From Candidatus Binatus sp. (lineage in GTDB: Bacteria; Desulfobacterota; Binatia; Binatales; Binataceae), in contig NZ_DATEQZ010000114.1 of the NCBI RefSeq assembly GCF_035272065.1, positions 3,002 to 67,001 on the forward strand: a DNA stretch of 64,000 nt. The letters run 5' to 3'. Numbering within the stretch: position 1 is the stretch's first letter; every line of letters begins with the position of its first letter. Below are positions 53,840-64,000 of this stretch, piece after piece. A program made the translations under genes and the position numbers. The notes under the pieces are model-generated. The model made no database searches and was not told the DNA's origin. It saw only the letters and a list, made by a program, of their open reading frames with translations.

Positions 53840-55276
53840 TTATTGATCCTTCTTGCGCCGCAAACTGCCGTCGGGGCTGTCGTTGTGGCGTTTGCGCCAG
53901 GTTGCCATCCAGCCGGACTTTTCGCGCTGCGGATGATGCGACATCACGAGCGCGCCGTCGGGAACCTCGCGGATGATCGTCGTGCCGGACGCGACGTAGA
54001 CATCGCTGCCGACCTTGACCGGCGCGACGAGTTGCGTGTCGCAGCCGACCATGCAGCGATCGCCGATTTCCGTGTGATGCTTTTCGTAGCCGTCGTAGTT
54101 CACGGTGATGACGCCGCATCCGATGTTGGTGTCGGCGCCGATAGTGGCGTCGCCGAGGTAGCTTAGATGGCTGGCTTTGGTGCCGCGGCCGAGGCGCGCT
54201 TTTTTGGTCTCGACGAAATTGCCGATGCGATTGTGGCCGGCGAGTTCGGTGCCGGCGCGCAGGTTAGCGAACGGGCCGATTTCGGACTCCTCGCCGATGA
54301 TGCAATCTTCGGCGCGCACGCCCAGCTTCAGATGGCATCGCGGGCCAATCGTGACGTTGCTCAGCCATGCGGTGCCGTCGATTCGCACGCCCTCGGCGAG
54401 CTTGCACGCGCCGAGAATCTGGACGTTGGGACCGATCACGCAATCGGCCGCGATTTCCGCTTGCTCAGAAATGTAGGCGGTCGAGGGATCAACGAGTGTG
54501 ACGCCGGATTGCATCAGCTTTCGGTTAACGGCCGCACGAATTTCGGCTTCCATATTTGCCAGCTCCTCGCGCGAGTTGATGCCGGCGAACTCCACCGGGT
54601 CGTCAGCAGCCCACGCTTCGACTTTTTCGTTTCCACAGCGCGCACGCGCAATCGCGACGATATCGGTCAGGTAGTACTCATCCTGGGCATTCGCCGGTTT
54701 CAGCTCGGCGAGCGCAGAGCGAAGCAGGGCGCTATCGACGATGTAACAGCCGGTGTTGATTTCCTTGATGGCGCGCTCGGCGGGTGACGCGTCGCGGAAC
54801 TCGACAATTTTGTCGACGTTGCCGCGCGCGTCGCGAATCACGCGGCCGTAAGCGGCGGGATCCTCGAGAATGATGCTGATGAACGATAGCTTTGCGGCGC
54901 GCTTTCGATGGGCGTCGAGGAAAGCGCGCAGAGTTGACCCCTTGATCGCGGGCATGTCGCCGTAAGTGATTAGCACGTCGCCAGTGAAGTCCGCGGGAAG
55001 CTGGCCGAGACCGCATCGCGCGGCGTCACCCGTGCCGCGCTGCGGCTCCTGGAGCGCGAATCGCGCGTTCGAGGAATTTACGGCGGCCTCGACCTCGCGC
55101 GCTTGGTGGCCGACGACGATCACGATTGGATCGGGCTTAAGTGCGGCGACGGCTCGAACCGCGCGCGCGATCATCGGCTCTCCGCAGAGTTCGTGCAGGA
55201 CCTTGGCGCGCTCCGAGCGCATCCGGGTGCCTTTGCCGGCGGCGAGGATGATAGCCGCGACGTTACTCGTAGTCAT
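53840..55276 (-). CDS. glmU: bifunctional UDP-N-acetylglucosamine diphosphorylase / glucosamine-1-phosphate N-acetyltransferase
   Basis: AAIILAAGKGTRMRS nucleotidyltransferase motif plus C-terminal hexapeptide (left-handed beta-helix) repeats. Confidence 0.9.
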   Translation of the reverse strand: MTTSNVAAIILAAGKGTRMRSERAKVLHELCGEPMIARAVRAVAALKPDPIVIVVGHQAREVEAAVNSSNARFALQEPQRGTGDAARCGLGQLPADFTGDVLITYGDMPAIKGSTLRAFLDAHRKRAAKLSFISIILEDPAAYGRVIRDARGNVDKIVEFRDASPAERAIKEINTGCYIVDSALLRSALAELKPANAQDEYYLTDIVAIARARCGNEKVEAWAADDPVEFAGINSREELANMEAEIRAAVNRKLMQSGVTLVDPSTAYISEQAEIAADCVIGPNVQILGACKLAEGVRIDGTAWLSNVTIGPRCHLKLGVRAEDCIIGEESEIGPFANLRAGTELAGHNRIGNFVETKKARLGRGTKASHLSYLGDATIGADTNIGCGVITVNYDGYEKHHTEIGDRCMVGCDTQLVAPVKVGSDVYVASGTTIIREVPDGALVMSHHPQREKSGWMATWRKRHNDSPDGSLRRKKDQ

Positions 55277-55691
55277 CGAAGTTCGAGACTTTCCAGGTGT
55301 CGGCGTCCTTGCGTGCCGTGATCAGCCAGTTGCGATTGAAGGTGCCGCCTTCGGGCACGTCGATGGTCGCGCGAAACAGGAACTCGATATGGTCGGTGGC
55401 GTCGCGCTCGGCAGTGAGCTTGTAGTGCACGACGGGCTTGCGGGTGTTGGCGTCGATTTTCTGATTACCGATTAGTTGAATCTCGTGACGCAGCTTGTCG
55501 AGTGCCAGCCCCGTACAGAACGGCTCGGCCGCTTTCAGATCGATCGCGACATAGTATTGGTCGATGAACCGATCGACGACGCCGCGCGCGCTGTTCGCCG
55601 GATGGCATCCGATCGCGACGATCGAAGCGAACGCCGTGACGAAGAGAAGCTGGGCGCATCGGTCATGAAGCTGGGATTTGCGGGACGTCAT
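55263..55691 (-). CDS. lipoprotein, hypothetical
   Basis: Lipobox VAIGC. ATGA coupling to the upstream gene, and overlaps the glmU start. Confidence 0.55.
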   Translation of the reverse strand: MTSRKSQLHDRCAQLLFVTAFASIVAIGCHPANSARGVVDRFIDQYYVAIDLKAAEPFCTGLALDKLRHEIQLIGNQKIDANTRKPVVHYKLTAERDATDHIEFLFRATIDVPEGGTFNRNWLITARKDADTWKVSNFDDYE

Positions 55692-55981
55692 GATCTTTTC
55701 TTGAAGAGAGCCTCCAGCTTGTCCTGGGCGCCCGTCTTCGTTTTCAATTGCGCCTTAGCGGCGGCGTCTCCCGGGATAAAATATTCGCAGAAGTTGAATC
55801 GTTCCTTGTCCACCACCCGCTCCGAGATCGTCTCGCGGCAACTGTTGTTGTAGGCCAGATCGTAAAATCCGCAGTTGCTGCACGAGTGCATCGCGCGGCC
55901 GCATCCAGGGCACTCGTCGCGAAAACCGACACGATCGCCAGTTACAATCTCTATTTTTCGGGCGCAATTCCAACAGTTCAT
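55688..55981 (-). CDS. small zinc-ribbon protein
   Basis: MNCWNC...CPGCG...CSNCGFY...C, i.e. four CxxC-type pairs. ATG 55981 is preferred. Confidence 0.5.
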   Translation of the reverse strand: MNCWNCARKIEIVTGDRVGFRDECPGCGRAMHSCSNCGFYDLAYNNSCRETISERVVDKERFNFCEYFIPGDAAAKAQLKTKTGAQDKLEALFKKRS

Positions 55982-56093
55982 CGGGAAGCGGCGAGTTCTT
56001 CGTGCGGCATGGTGCTCCGCGGGACTGGAATGCGAGGGGCTTGGAAATGCACGCTTTTTCGGCCGAATCGCCGCTGATAGCATAGCCGCTCAG

Positions 56094-57020
56094 ATGGGTG
56101 CGCGCGAGATGATGGAGGTGGAGGTCGAGGCGTTTGCCGCGGCGCTGAGAAAAGCGTCGCGCGCGGCGGACAATACGGTGACGAACTATCGCCGCGACCT
56201 GCTCGCGTTCCGAAGTTTCCTGCTCGAGCGCGCGGCGATATTGGGCAAACGCGTCGATGAAATCGACGTCGCGAGTATCACGGCGGATCATATCCGGAGC
56301 TATCTTGCTGAATTGATGAAGACAGCAAAACGGGCGACCGTCCAGCGCCGACTTAGCGCGATCAAGGCGTTCTTTCGATATCGCGAAACGACGATTGGCG
56401 TGGCGAGCCCGGCGCGATCGATTCGCTCGCCGAAGAACGAACGGCGGCTGCCGTCGATATTGCAGGAGGACGAAGTTCGCCGGCTGCTCGAGTTTTCGTT
56501 GGCGCCGCACGACTCGACGCCCGCGTCGATTCGCGACCGCGCGATATTCGAGACGCTGTACTCGTCTGGGCTGCGCGTCGGCGAGTTGGTCGGGCTGGAC
56601 TGGCGCGATATCGACGAAGAACTCGGGATGGTGATGGTGCGGGCGGGCAAGGGCAACAAGGATCGGCTGGTGCCGCTCGGCGAGCCGGCGCTGGACGCAT
56701 TGAAAAAGTGGAAGACCGCAATGCCGATAGCGTGGGAGCATAACGGTCCCGTGATTACGAATCTTCGCGGCGGACGGCTGACCACGCGCAGCGTCGAGAC
56801 GATACTGCAGAAGAGAATTGAGGCCGCGGGCGTGAGCTCCGGTGTCACACCCCATGGGCTGCGTCATTCTTTCGCAACGCATATGCTTGGCAATGGAGCC
56901 GACTTACGGTCGATACAGGAAATGCTCGGTCATGCGAGCCTAGCGACGACGCAGCGCTATACTCATGTCAGCGTGAATCATTTGAAAGAGGTTTATCGAC
57001 GTGCCTTCCCACGAGTCTGA
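56094..57020 (+). CDS. xerC: tyrosine site-specific recombinase XerC/CodV-like
   Basis: Core-binding-domain N-terminus. Catalytic [10 protein letters not shown] (Arg), [25 protein letters not shown] (His...Tyr). Located immediately upstream of hslVU. Confidence 0.85.
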   Translation: MGAREMMEVEVEAFAAALRKASRAADNTVTNYRRDLLAFRSFLLERAAILGKRVDEIDVASITADHIRSYLAELMKTAKRATVQRRLSAIKAFFRYRETTIGVASPARSIRSPKNERRLPSILQEDEVRRLLEFSLAPHDSTPASIRDRAIFETLYSSGLRVGELVGLDWRDIDEELGMVMVRAGKGNKDRLVPLGEPALDALKKWKTAMPIAWEHNGPVITNLRGGRLTTRSVETILQKRIEAAGVSSGVTPHGLRHSFATHMLGNGADLRSIQEMLGHASLATTQRYTHVSVNHLKEVYRRAFPRV

Positions 57021-57573
57021 CAGGGGTATCGAGCCGGGCGCCGAATTTCGCCACACGACGATTCTGAGCGTGCGCCACGAGGGGCACGTCGTCATGGCGG
57101 GTGACGGGCAGGTGAGCGTCGGACAAACGATCATGAAGGCCAAGGCGAAGAAGGTGCGCCGGCTGCATCAGGATCGCGTGCTGGCGGGATTTGCGGGATC
57201 GACCGCGGACGCGTTGACGTTGTTCGACAAGTTCGAATCGAAGCTGCAGGAATACAATGGAGTGCTGCGGCGCGCAGCCGTCGAGCTGGCCAAGGACTGG
57301 CGCACGGATCGAATCCTGCGGCGGCTCGAGGCGATGCTGGTAGTCGCGGACAAGGAGAGCTCGCTGCTTATTTCGGGCGTCGGCGACGTGCTCGAGCCTG
57401 ACGATGGAATCCTCGCGATCGGATCGGGCGGCAATTTCGCGCTGTCTGCGGCACGTGCGCTGATTCGCCACGGCTCCGGCATGACTGCGCGCCAGATTGC
57501 GGAAGGCGCGATGAAGATCGCGTCGGAAGTCTGCGTTTACACCAACGACCAATTCGTGTTCGAAGAATTGTAG
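57001..57573 (+). CDS. hslV: ATP-dependent protease subunit HslV
   Basis: [37 protein letters not shown]...[14 protein letters not shown]. The only in-frame start is GTG 57001, 18 codons before Thr-Thr. Confidence 0.85.
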   Translation: MPSHESDRGIEPGAEFRHTTILSVRHEGHVVMAGDGQVSVGQTIMKAKAKKVRRLHQDRVLAGFAGSTADALTLFDKFESKLQEYNGVLRRAAVELAKDWRTDRILRRLEAMLVVADKESSLLISGVGDVLEPDDGILAIGSGGNFALSAARALIRHGSGMTARQIAEGAMKIASEVCVYTNDQFVFEEL

Positions 57574-57598
57574 CCACAAAATCCTGGAATCCAACAAG

Positions 57599-58969
57599 AT
57601 GGCAGTTCCACAAGTGATGACGCCGCGCGAGATCGTCTCGGAGCTCGATCGCTATATTGTCGGGCAGCATGACGCGAAGCGCGCAGTTGCGATCGCGCTG
57701 CGCAATCGATGGCGGCGGCAGAATGTCGCGCCCGAGTTGCGCGACGAAATAGCGCCGAAGAATATCCTGATGATCGGGCCGACCGGCGTCGGCAAGACGG
57801 AGATTGCGCGGCGGCTGGCGCGGCTGGCGCAGGCGCCATTCGTCAAGGTGGAAGCGTCGCGCTACACCGAGGTCGGCTACGTCGGGCGCGACGTGGAGTC
57901 GATGATCCGCGACTTGGCGGAGTGTTCGGTCAAGATGGTGCGCGACGAAGCTCGCGATCGCGTCGCGGTCAAGGCGCGCGAGAATGCCGAAGAACGATTG
58001 CTCGATCTCCTGTTCCCCACGCCCACCAAGGTTCGGCGTCCTGCCGGTATAACGCCGGAGGGGCATCTCGAGGCGATCGACAGCGACTCGCACAAGGACA
58101 CGCGCGAGAAGTTGCGCAAGCTGCTGCACGGCGGCCATCTGGACGATCGCGAGGTCGAGCTCGAGGTCAGCGCAAACGCCGCGCCGAATATCGAGGTCTT
58201 CACGCCGCAGGGTATGGAAGAGATGGGCCTCAACATGAAAGAGCTGATGAATCAGCTCATGCCCAAGAAGACGCGCACGCGCAAAGTGAAAATCCCCGAG
58301 GCGCTCGAGCTGCTGACGACGGAGGAAGCGGCGCGGCTGGTGGACATGGAGGCGGTGGCGCACGAGGCGATCACGCGCGCCGAGCAATCGGGGATAGTGT
58401 TCATCGACGAGATAGACAAGATTGCCGGGCGCGAGTCGCACGGGCCGGACGTCTCGCGCGAGGGCGTGCAGCGCGACCTGCTGCCGATCGTCGAAGGATC
58501 GACGGTCAACACGAAATACGGCGCGGTGAAGACCGATCACATTTTGTTTGTCGCGTCGGGGGCGTTTCACACGTCGAAACCGTCGGACCTGATTCCCGAG
58601 TTCCAGGGACGCTTCCCGATTCGCGTCGAGCTGAAGGCGCTGACGCGCGAGGACTTCATCCGCATCCTGACCGAGCCCGAGAACGCGCTGACGCGGCAGT
58701 ACGTCGCGCTGATGGAAACCGAGGGCGTTCGTATGCGCTTCACCGAGGACGGGGTCGCGGCGCTGGCGGAGATTGCGGCCAAGGTGAACGCGCGCTCGGA
58801 AAATATCGGCGCGCGCCGGCTGCATACGGTGCTCGAGCGGCTGCTGGAAGAGCTGTCGTTCAACGCGCCGGAGATGCAGGATCGCGAGCTGACTATAGAC
58901 GCCGCGTACGTTCACGGCCGCCTCGACGAGATCGTCAAGGACGAGGATCTGTCGCGCTATATTCTGTAG
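57599..58969 (+). CDS. hslU: ATP-dependent protease ATPase subunit HslU
   Basis: [34 protein letters not shown], Walker [28 protein letters not shown], and the C-terminal DLSRYIL. Confidence 0.95.
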   Translation: MAVPQVMTPREIVSELDRYIVGQHDAKRAVAIALRNRWRRQNVAPELRDEIAPKNILMIGPTGVGKTEIARRLARLAQAPFVKVEASRYTEVGYVGRDVESMIRDLAECSVKMVRDEARDRVAVKARENAEERLLDLLFPTPTKVRRPAGITPEGHLEAIDSDSHKDTREKLRKLLHGGHLDDREVELEVSANAAPNIEVFTPQGMEEMGLNMKELMNQLMPKKTRTRKVKIPEALELLTTEEAARLVDMEAVAHEAITRAEQSGIVFIDEIDKIAGRESHGPDVSREGVQRDLLPIVEGSTVNTKYGAVKTDHILFVASGAFHTSKPSDLIPEFQGRFPIRVELKALTREDFIRILTEPENALTRQYVALMETEGVRMRFTEDGVAALAEIAAKVNARSENIGARRLHTVLERLLEELSFNAPEMQDRELTIDAAYVHGRLDEIVKDEDLSRYIL

Positions 58970-59016
58970 CTCGCGTCTGCCCGTTACACTGGTATTAGCT
59001 GCCCGGCAGGCGATGG

Positions 59017-59050
59017 ATTGCGCCGCGCGCGCAATACTGTTTTGATTTCC
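59017..59050 (+). terminator. putative intrinsic terminator after hslU
   Basis: 7-bp stem ATTGCGC / GCGCAAT with a CGCGC loop, followed by ACTGTTTTGATTTCCCTTTTC. Confidence 0.45.
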
Positions 59051-59088
59051 CTTTTCGGCTTTCGGGTTTCGGCGAGGTTCTTTGAGGC

Positions 59089-60030
59089 GTGAAAGAGGCC
59101 ATCCATAATCGAGCCGACGTGCTCATCGAAGCGCTGCCCTACATTCGGCGCTTTCGCGGCAAAACGTTCGTCATCAAGTACGGCGGCCACGCGATGCAGA
59201 CCGAGGAGATGCGCGAGAGTTTTGCGCGCGAGGTCGTGCTGCTCGATCTGGTGGGCATCAACCCGATAATCGTGCACGGCGGCGGGCCGCAGATTACGGA
59301 ACTGATCGGCAAGCTCGGGCTGAAGTCGCGGTTCGTGCGCGGGATGCGCGTGACCGATCCGGCGACGATGGAAGCGGCCGAGATGGTCTTGCAGAGAATC
59401 AACAAAGATCTCGTCGCGACGATTTCGCGCATGGGCGGGCGCGCGGTCGGGCTGTCGGGCAAGGACGGCGACCTGATCAGATCGCGCAAGATGCGGATGG
59501 TCGTGACGGACGACAACGGCAAGCGCTCGCGCGTCGATATCGGGTTGGTCGGCGAAGTCGATCGGGTGAATCCGGAAGTGCTGCGCACGCTCGAGGCGAG
59601 CAACTTCATCCCGGTGATTGCGCCGACCGGGTTTGGGCGCGACGGCCAGACCTACAACATCAATGCCGACACTGCGGCGGGCGAGATTGCAGCCGCGCTC
59701 AAGGCGGAAAAATTGATCCTGCTGAGCGACGTCGAAGGCGTGAAAGACAAGGACGGCAAATTGCTCTCGACGCTCGACGCGGCGGAAGCGCGGCGCCTGA
59801 TCGCCCGCGGCGTGATCCATGAAGGGATGATTCCGAAAGTCGAGTGCTGCATCGAGGCGCTGAATAAGGGTGTCGCGAAGACGCACATAATCGACGGTCG
59901 CAATAAGCACGCGGTGCTGCTCGAAATCTTCACCCGCTCGGGAATCGGCACTGAAGTCGTCCAGCGCCGCGCAAAGGTTTCGGCGCTGAGCGATACGGCG
60001 CGCAGCGCGGAGGGCGGCAAAGCTCGATGA
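59089..60030 (+). CDS. argB: acetylglutamate kinase
   Basis: EALPYIRRFRGKTFVIKYGGHAM...IVHGGGPQI...NINADTAAGEIA. GTG start. Confidence 0.9.
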   Translation: MKEAIHNRADVLIEALPYIRRFRGKTFVIKYGGHAMQTEEMRESFAREVVLLDLVGINPIIVHGGGPQITELIGKLGLKSRFVRGMRVTDPATMEAAEMVLQRINKDLVATISRMGGRAVGLSGKDGDLIRSRKMRMVVTDDNGKRSRVDIGLVGEVDRVNPEVLRTLEASNFIPVIAPTGFGRDGQTYNINADTAAGEIAAALKAEKLILLSDVEGVKDKDGKLLSTLDAAEARRLIARGVIHEGMIPKVECCIEALNKGVAKTHIIDGRNKHAVLLEIFTRSGIGTEVVQRRAKVSALSDTARSAEGGKAR

Positions 60031-61214
60031 ACAACACCGAGATAATAGAACTCACGCATCGCAACATGGTCGATGTTTACGGATGCCTGCCGATCGCGTT
60101 CGCGCGCGGGCATGGCGCGTACCTGTACGACGCCGACGGTAACCGCTATCTCGATTTTTTCTGCGGGCTCGCGGTCACCAGCCTCGGTCATGGAAATCCG
60201 CGCGTCGTGCGCGCGATCAAGGAGCAGGCGGAAAAGCTCACGCACGTTTCCAACGTGTTCCACACCGAGCCGACGGCGCGACTGGTCGAGCGGCTGGCGA
60301 ATCATTTCGGCGAGGGAAAAGTCTTCCTTGGCAACTCGGGCGCTGAAGCCAACGAGGCCGCGATCAAGCTCGCGCGGCGATGGGGCAGCGGACGTTTCGA
60401 GATTTTGACGACACTGGGATCGTTCCACGGGCGCACGCTCGCGACAGTGAGCGCGACTGGCCAGGAGCGGTACCATCAGGGGTTTCAGCCGCTGATGCCC
60501 GGTTTCAAGATGATCCCGTTCGACGATGTCGCGGCGCTCGATCGCGCGCGGCGCGACGAAACCGTCGGCGTGATGGTCGAACCGATCCAGGGCGAGGGCG
60601 GCGTGGTCGTGCCGCGCGCGGATTACCTGAAGCGCGTGCGCGACTGGTGCGATCGCAACAAGATGCTGCTGATTCTGGACGAAGTGCAGACCGGAATGGG
60701 GCGGACGGGAAAATTCTTCGGGTTCGAGCACGCCGGTGTCAAACCGGACATCGTGACGCTGGCCAAGGCGCTGGGGGGCGGGCTTCCGATTGGCGCGATG
60801 ATCGCGCGAGCGGAGATTGCGTCGAGCTTCACGCCCGGCAGTCATGGCAGCACGTTCGGCGGAAATCCAGTGGCGTGTGCGGCAGCGGTTGCCGTGATCG
60901 ACGCGCTCGAACAGGACGGCGTGCTCGAGAACGCGACGAGCGTCGGCGGTTACATGCTCGAACGCCTCGGCAAGTTCGCGCGCACTTGCGATCGAATCGT
61001 CGAGGTTCGCGGACTCGGAATGATCATCGGCGTGGTGCTCAAGCACGACGCGCGTCCGATCGTCGAGGAGTGCCTCAAGAATCGGCTGCTCGTCAACGCC
61101 ACCGCGGGCAACGTGCTGCGGCTGCTGCCGCCGTTGAACCTCACGCGCGAGGAGGCCGACGCCGGACTCGCGATCATCGAAAACGCATTCAAGAACGCGC
61201 TGATTCCGAAATGA
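60027..61214 (+). CDS. argD: acetylornithine aminotransferase
   Basis: GNSGAEANEAAIKLAR, LILDEVQTGMGRTGK, TLAKALGGGLPIGA (PLP-binding Lys). Confidence 0.9.
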   Translation: MNNTEIIELTHRNMVDVYGCLPIAFARGHGAYLYDADGNRYLDFFCGLAVTSLGHGNPRVVRAIKEQAEKLTHVSNVFHTEPTARLVERLANHFGEGKVFLGNSGAEANEAAIKLARRWGSGRFEILTTLGSFHGRTLATVSATGQERYHQGFQPLMPGFKMIPFDDVAALDRARRDETVGVMVEPIQGEGGVVVPRADYLKRVRDWCDRNKMLLILDEVQTGMGRTGKFFGFEHAGVKPDIVTLAKALGGGLPIGAMIARAEIASSFTPGSHGSTFGGNPVACAAAVAVIDALEQDGVLENATSVGGYMLERLGKFARTCDRIVEVRGLGMIIGVVLKHDARPIVEECLKNRLLVNATAGNVLRLLPPLNLTREEADAGLAIIENAFKNALIPK

Positions 61215-62152
61215 AACGCGATTTTCTCGATCTCAGCTCGCTCACGCCGGCTGAACTCGACGGATTGCTCGCGCTCGGCGCGCGGCTCAAGGCCGAGCTC
61301 AAGATAGGACTTGAGCATCCGTACCTGCGCGGGCGGACGCTCGCGATGGTGTTTCAGAAGCCGTCGCTAAGGACGCGAGTTACGTTCGAGACCGGCATGG
61401 CGCAGCTTGGCGGGCATGCGATTTATCTCGCGCCGAATGATATCGGTATTGGCGAGCGCGAATCGGTGAAGGACGTCGCGCGCAACATTTCGCGGGCCGT
61501 GGATTTGATCATGATTCGCACGTTCTCGCACGAGACCGCGGTCGAGCTTGCGCGCGAGGCAACGGTGCCCGTCATCAACGGGCTCACCGATTTGCTTCAT
61601 CCATGCCAGTTGCTCGCCGATCTGATGACGTTGCAGGAACGCTTCGGGCGCGACCTCAGCAAAGTGCGCGTCGCGTTCGTCGGCGACGGCTTCAACCTCG
61701 CGCAGAGCTGGATCGAGGCGGCGGCGCTCGCGGGTTTCGAGCTGCGGCTCGCGTGCCCAAAAGGCTACGAGCCTGAGAAGGAGTTCATGAAGCGGCTGCG
61801 CAACGAGGAGGTCGGTACTCTCACCGACGATCCTGCCGAGGCGGTGAAGGACGCGGACGTGGTTTACACCGACACGTGGACCTCGATGGGCCGTGAGAAG
61901 GAAGCGGCGCAGCGCCGTCGCGACTTCAAGGGCTTCCAGCTCAACGACGCGCTGCTGAAGAACGCGCGCAAGGGCGCGATCGTGATGCATTGCCTGCCGG
62001 CGCATCGCGGCGAGGAAATCACCGACGACGTGCTCGACGGCCCGCGCTCGGTGGTGCTCGATCAAGCGGAGAACCGGCTGCATGCGCAGAAGGCCGTGAT
62101 GGTCTGGCTGATACGTCCTGAAATTTTGCGGATTTCGCCGTCGCCGGAATGA
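61211..62152 (+). CDS. argF: ornithine carbamoyltransferase
   Basis: [27 protein letters not shown] coupling to argD. Confidence 0.9.
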   Translation: MKRDFLDLSSLTPAELDGLLALGARLKAELKIGLEHPYLRGRTLAMVFQKPSLRTRVTFETGMAQLGGHAIYLAPNDIGIGERESVKDVARNISRAVDLIMIRTFSHETAVELAREATVPVINGLTDLLHPCQLLADLMTLQERFGRDLSKVRVAFVGDGFNLAQSWIEAAALAGFELRLACPKGYEPEKEFMKRLRNEEVGTLTDDPAEAVKDADVVYTDTWTSMGREKEAAQRRRDFKGFQLNDALLKNARKGAIVMHCLPAHRGEEITDDVLDGPRSVVLDQAENRLHAQKAVMVWLIRPEILRISPSPE

Positions 62153-62165
62153 TGACGTAGGAATC

Positions 62166-63386
62166 GTGGCAACTGAGAAAATAAAAAAGCTGGTGCTTTC
62201 GTACTCGGGCGGACTCGACACGTCGGTGATGCTGCGCTGGATCAAAGATCATTTCGGATGCGAAGTGATCGCATACTGCGCGGAAGTCGGTCAGGGCGAC
62301 GAGACCGAGGGTCTCGAAGAGAAGGCGCTCAAGACCGGGGCGAGCAAACTTCATATCGTCGATCTGCGCGAGGAGTTCGCGCGGGACTTCGTATTCCCGA
62401 TGCTGCGCGCGAACGCTGTGTACGAGGGCTATTACCTGCTTGGCACGTCGATCGCGCGGCCGGTGATCGCCAAGAAGTTGGTCGAGATTGCGCGCGAGGA
62501 AGGCGCCGACGCGGTCGCGCACGGTGCGACCGGCAAGGGTAACGACCAGGTGCGATTCGAGTTGACGTTTGCGCGGCTCGCGCCGGATCTGAAGATCATC
62601 GCGCCGTGGCGGCGAACCGATTGGCCCTTCGTGGGCCGCGCCGACATGCTCGCATACGCCAACGAAAAGAAGATTCCCGTGCCCGTGACCACCGAGAAGC
62701 CGTACTCGATGGATCGCAACCTCGTTCACGTCAGCTACGAGGGCGGTATCCTCGAGGACCCTTGGCGCGAGCCTTACAACGATATGTTTCGCATGACGGT
62801 GTCCCCCGAGGACGCGCCGAACAAGCCGGAGTACGTCGAAATCGAATACGCCGGCGGCAATCCGGTCGCTGTCAACGGCGAGCGGCTCGCGCCCGCGCGA
62901 ATCATCGAGCGCGCCAACGAGATCGCGGGCCGCCACGGGATCGGCCGCGTCGATTTGGTGGAGAACCGCTACGTCGGAATCAAATCGCGCGGAGTTTACG
63001 AGACGCCCGGTGTGACGATCCTCTTCCACGGGCATCGCGCGGTTGAGCAACTCACGCTCGATCGCGAGGTGATGCATCTGCGCGACTCGCTTATCCCACG
63101 CTACGCGGAAATGGTGTATTACGGATATTGGTTTGCGCCCGAGCGTGAGGCGCTGCAGGCACTGGTGGACGATACGCAGAAAAACGTGAACGGTGTGGCG
63201 CGGCTGAAGCTGTTCAAGGGCGGCGTGTGGATCGCCGGCCGCAAATCGCCCAACTCGCTGTACGATCCGAAGATCGCGAGCTTCGAGGAAGCGGGCGGTT
63301 ACAACCAGGCCGACGCCGACGGATTCATCAGGCTCGCAGGCGTGCGGCTTCGAGCGCTGGCTCGCGCCACTAAAAAAGGCGGATAG
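62166..63386 (+). CDS. argG: argininosuccinate synthase
   Basis: [47 protein letters not shown] start. Confidence 0.95.
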   Translation: MATEKIKKLVLSYSGGLDTSVMLRWIKDHFGCEVIAYCAEVGQGDETEGLEEKALKTGASKLHIVDLREEFARDFVFPMLRANAVYEGYYLLGTSIARPVIAKKLVEIAREEGADAVAHGATGKGNDQVRFELTFARLAPDLKIIAPWRRTDWPFVGRADMLAYANEKKIPVPVTTEKPYSMDRNLVHVSYEGGILEDPWREPYNDMFRMTVSPEDAPNKPEYVEIEYAGGNPVAVNGERLAPARIIERANEIAGRHGIGRVDLVENRYVGIKSRGVYETPGVTILFHGHRAVEQLTLDREVMHLRDSLIPRYAEMVYYGYWFAPEREALQALVDDTQKNVNGVARLKLFKGGVWIAGRKSPNSLYDPKIASFEEAGGYNQADADGFIRLAGVRLRALARATKKGG

Positions 63387-63388
63387 AG

Positions 63389-63565
63389 TTGGGAAAAGTC
63401 ATCCAGTTCAAGCCGCCGCGCACACAGCCCAAGCTCGTGCCCCGACCGCGCACCGGAGATTGCGATCACTGCCATCACAAGATGGACGTCCACATCACGC
63501 ATCCCGACGGTTCGATGAGTTGTGCGGCGCGCGGATGCTCGTGCCAGCTGCGGCCCCTCAATTGA
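63389..63565 (+). CDS. possible 58-aa Cys/His-rich protein between argG and argH
   Basis: My own translation from TTG 63389: LGKVIQFKPPRTQPKLVPRPRTGDCDHCHHKMDVHITHPDGSMSCAARGCSCQLRPLN*. It is below the 60-aa cut-off of the ORF track. Confidence 0.2.
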   Translation: MGKVIQFKPPRTQPKLVPRPRTGDCDHCHHKMDVHITHPDGSMSCAARGCSCQLRPLN

Positions 63566-63599
63566 TTCGCTCGTCGCGGATTACTCCGCTCGTTTCACA

Positions 63600-64000
63600 A
63601 TGAAAGTGGGGCGCAGCCGGAAAAATCTCATACGGGGAAGATTTGCGCGGGGACGTCTGCCCGAAGTCGAGGCGTTCACCGCGTCGTTGCCCTTCGACCG
63701 CCGGCTTTTTCGGCACGACATTCGCGGATCGATCGCGCATGCGCAAATGCTCGCGAAGGTCGGGCTGCTCAAGGCCAGCGAGTCGCGCGCGATCGTTGGC
63801 GGGCTCGAGCGCATCGAAAGTGAAATCGCGGATGGCCGCTTCAAGTTCGATATCGCCGATGAGGACATCCATCTGGCTATCGAGCGCCGGTTGATCGCGC
63901 TGATTGGCGAGCCCGGGCGCAAGCTCCACACCGGGCGTTCGCGCAACGACCAGGTCGCGCTCGATATGCGGCTATATCTCCGCGACGAGATTGCCGGCGT
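63600..64000 (+). CDS. argH: argininosuccinate lyase, N-terminal part (3' end outside window)
   Basis: My own translation: MKVGRSRKNLIRGRFARGRLPEVEAFTASLPFDRRLFRHDIRGSIAHAQML...KLHTGRSRNDQVALDMRLYLRDEI, which contains the fumarate-lyase signature region. Confidence 0.85.
   Translation, partial: MKVGRSRKNLIRGRFARGRLPEVEAFTASLPFDRRLFRHDIRGSIAHAQMLAKVGLLKASESRAIVGGLERIESEIADGRFKFDIADEDIHLAIERRLIALIGEPGRKLHTGRSRNDQVALDMRLYLRDEIAG

Overview
This is a densely coding, GC-rich (about 65% by eye) bacterial chromosomal segment. No homology search was run, so every product call rests on motifs I recognise in the supplied translations. The lineage cannot be assigned from this window.

Most genes are housekeeping or metabolic:
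- rpoD; a family-B DNA polymerase with a C-terminal QLSLF clamp motif; a fused EtfB-EtfA flavoprotein; and a membrane-anchored HdrD/DsrK-like Fe-S oxidoreductase.
- A BtuF/FecCD/FecE-type ABC importer; a hydantoinase; ispH; moaB plus a fused moaD-moaE; and a cold-shock protein.
- Split biotin carboxylase and BCCP genes; a GH38 mannosidase; glmS and glmU; xerC-hslV-hslU; and an argB-argD-argF-argG-argH cluster.

The outlier is a lower-GC islet of about 2.5 kb (roughly 34.45-36.95 kb) with three parts:
- A phage-type P63C-domain gene.
- Divergent from it, a short ORF carrying the ordered Arg / His / S-x-T / Glu signature of cholera-toxin and pertussis-toxin-type ADP-ribosyltransferases. A perfect 20-bp tandem duplication puts its catalytic-Glu strand out of frame.
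- A tightly coupled 104-aa ORF of unknown function that could be its immunity protein or antitoxin.

I regard this as a candidate undescribed stand-alone ART toxin module, possibly inactivated or switchable.

Other points of note:
- An intergenic repeat of about 180 bp with terminal inverted repeats is present three times. One copy abuts the glmS start codon.
- A palindrome GCAGGGGTNACCCCTGC recurs after two genes.
- Gene fusions include EtfBA and MoaDE.
- HslV has no start codon next to its catalytic Thr.

No rRNA, tRNA or CRISPR array was seen.
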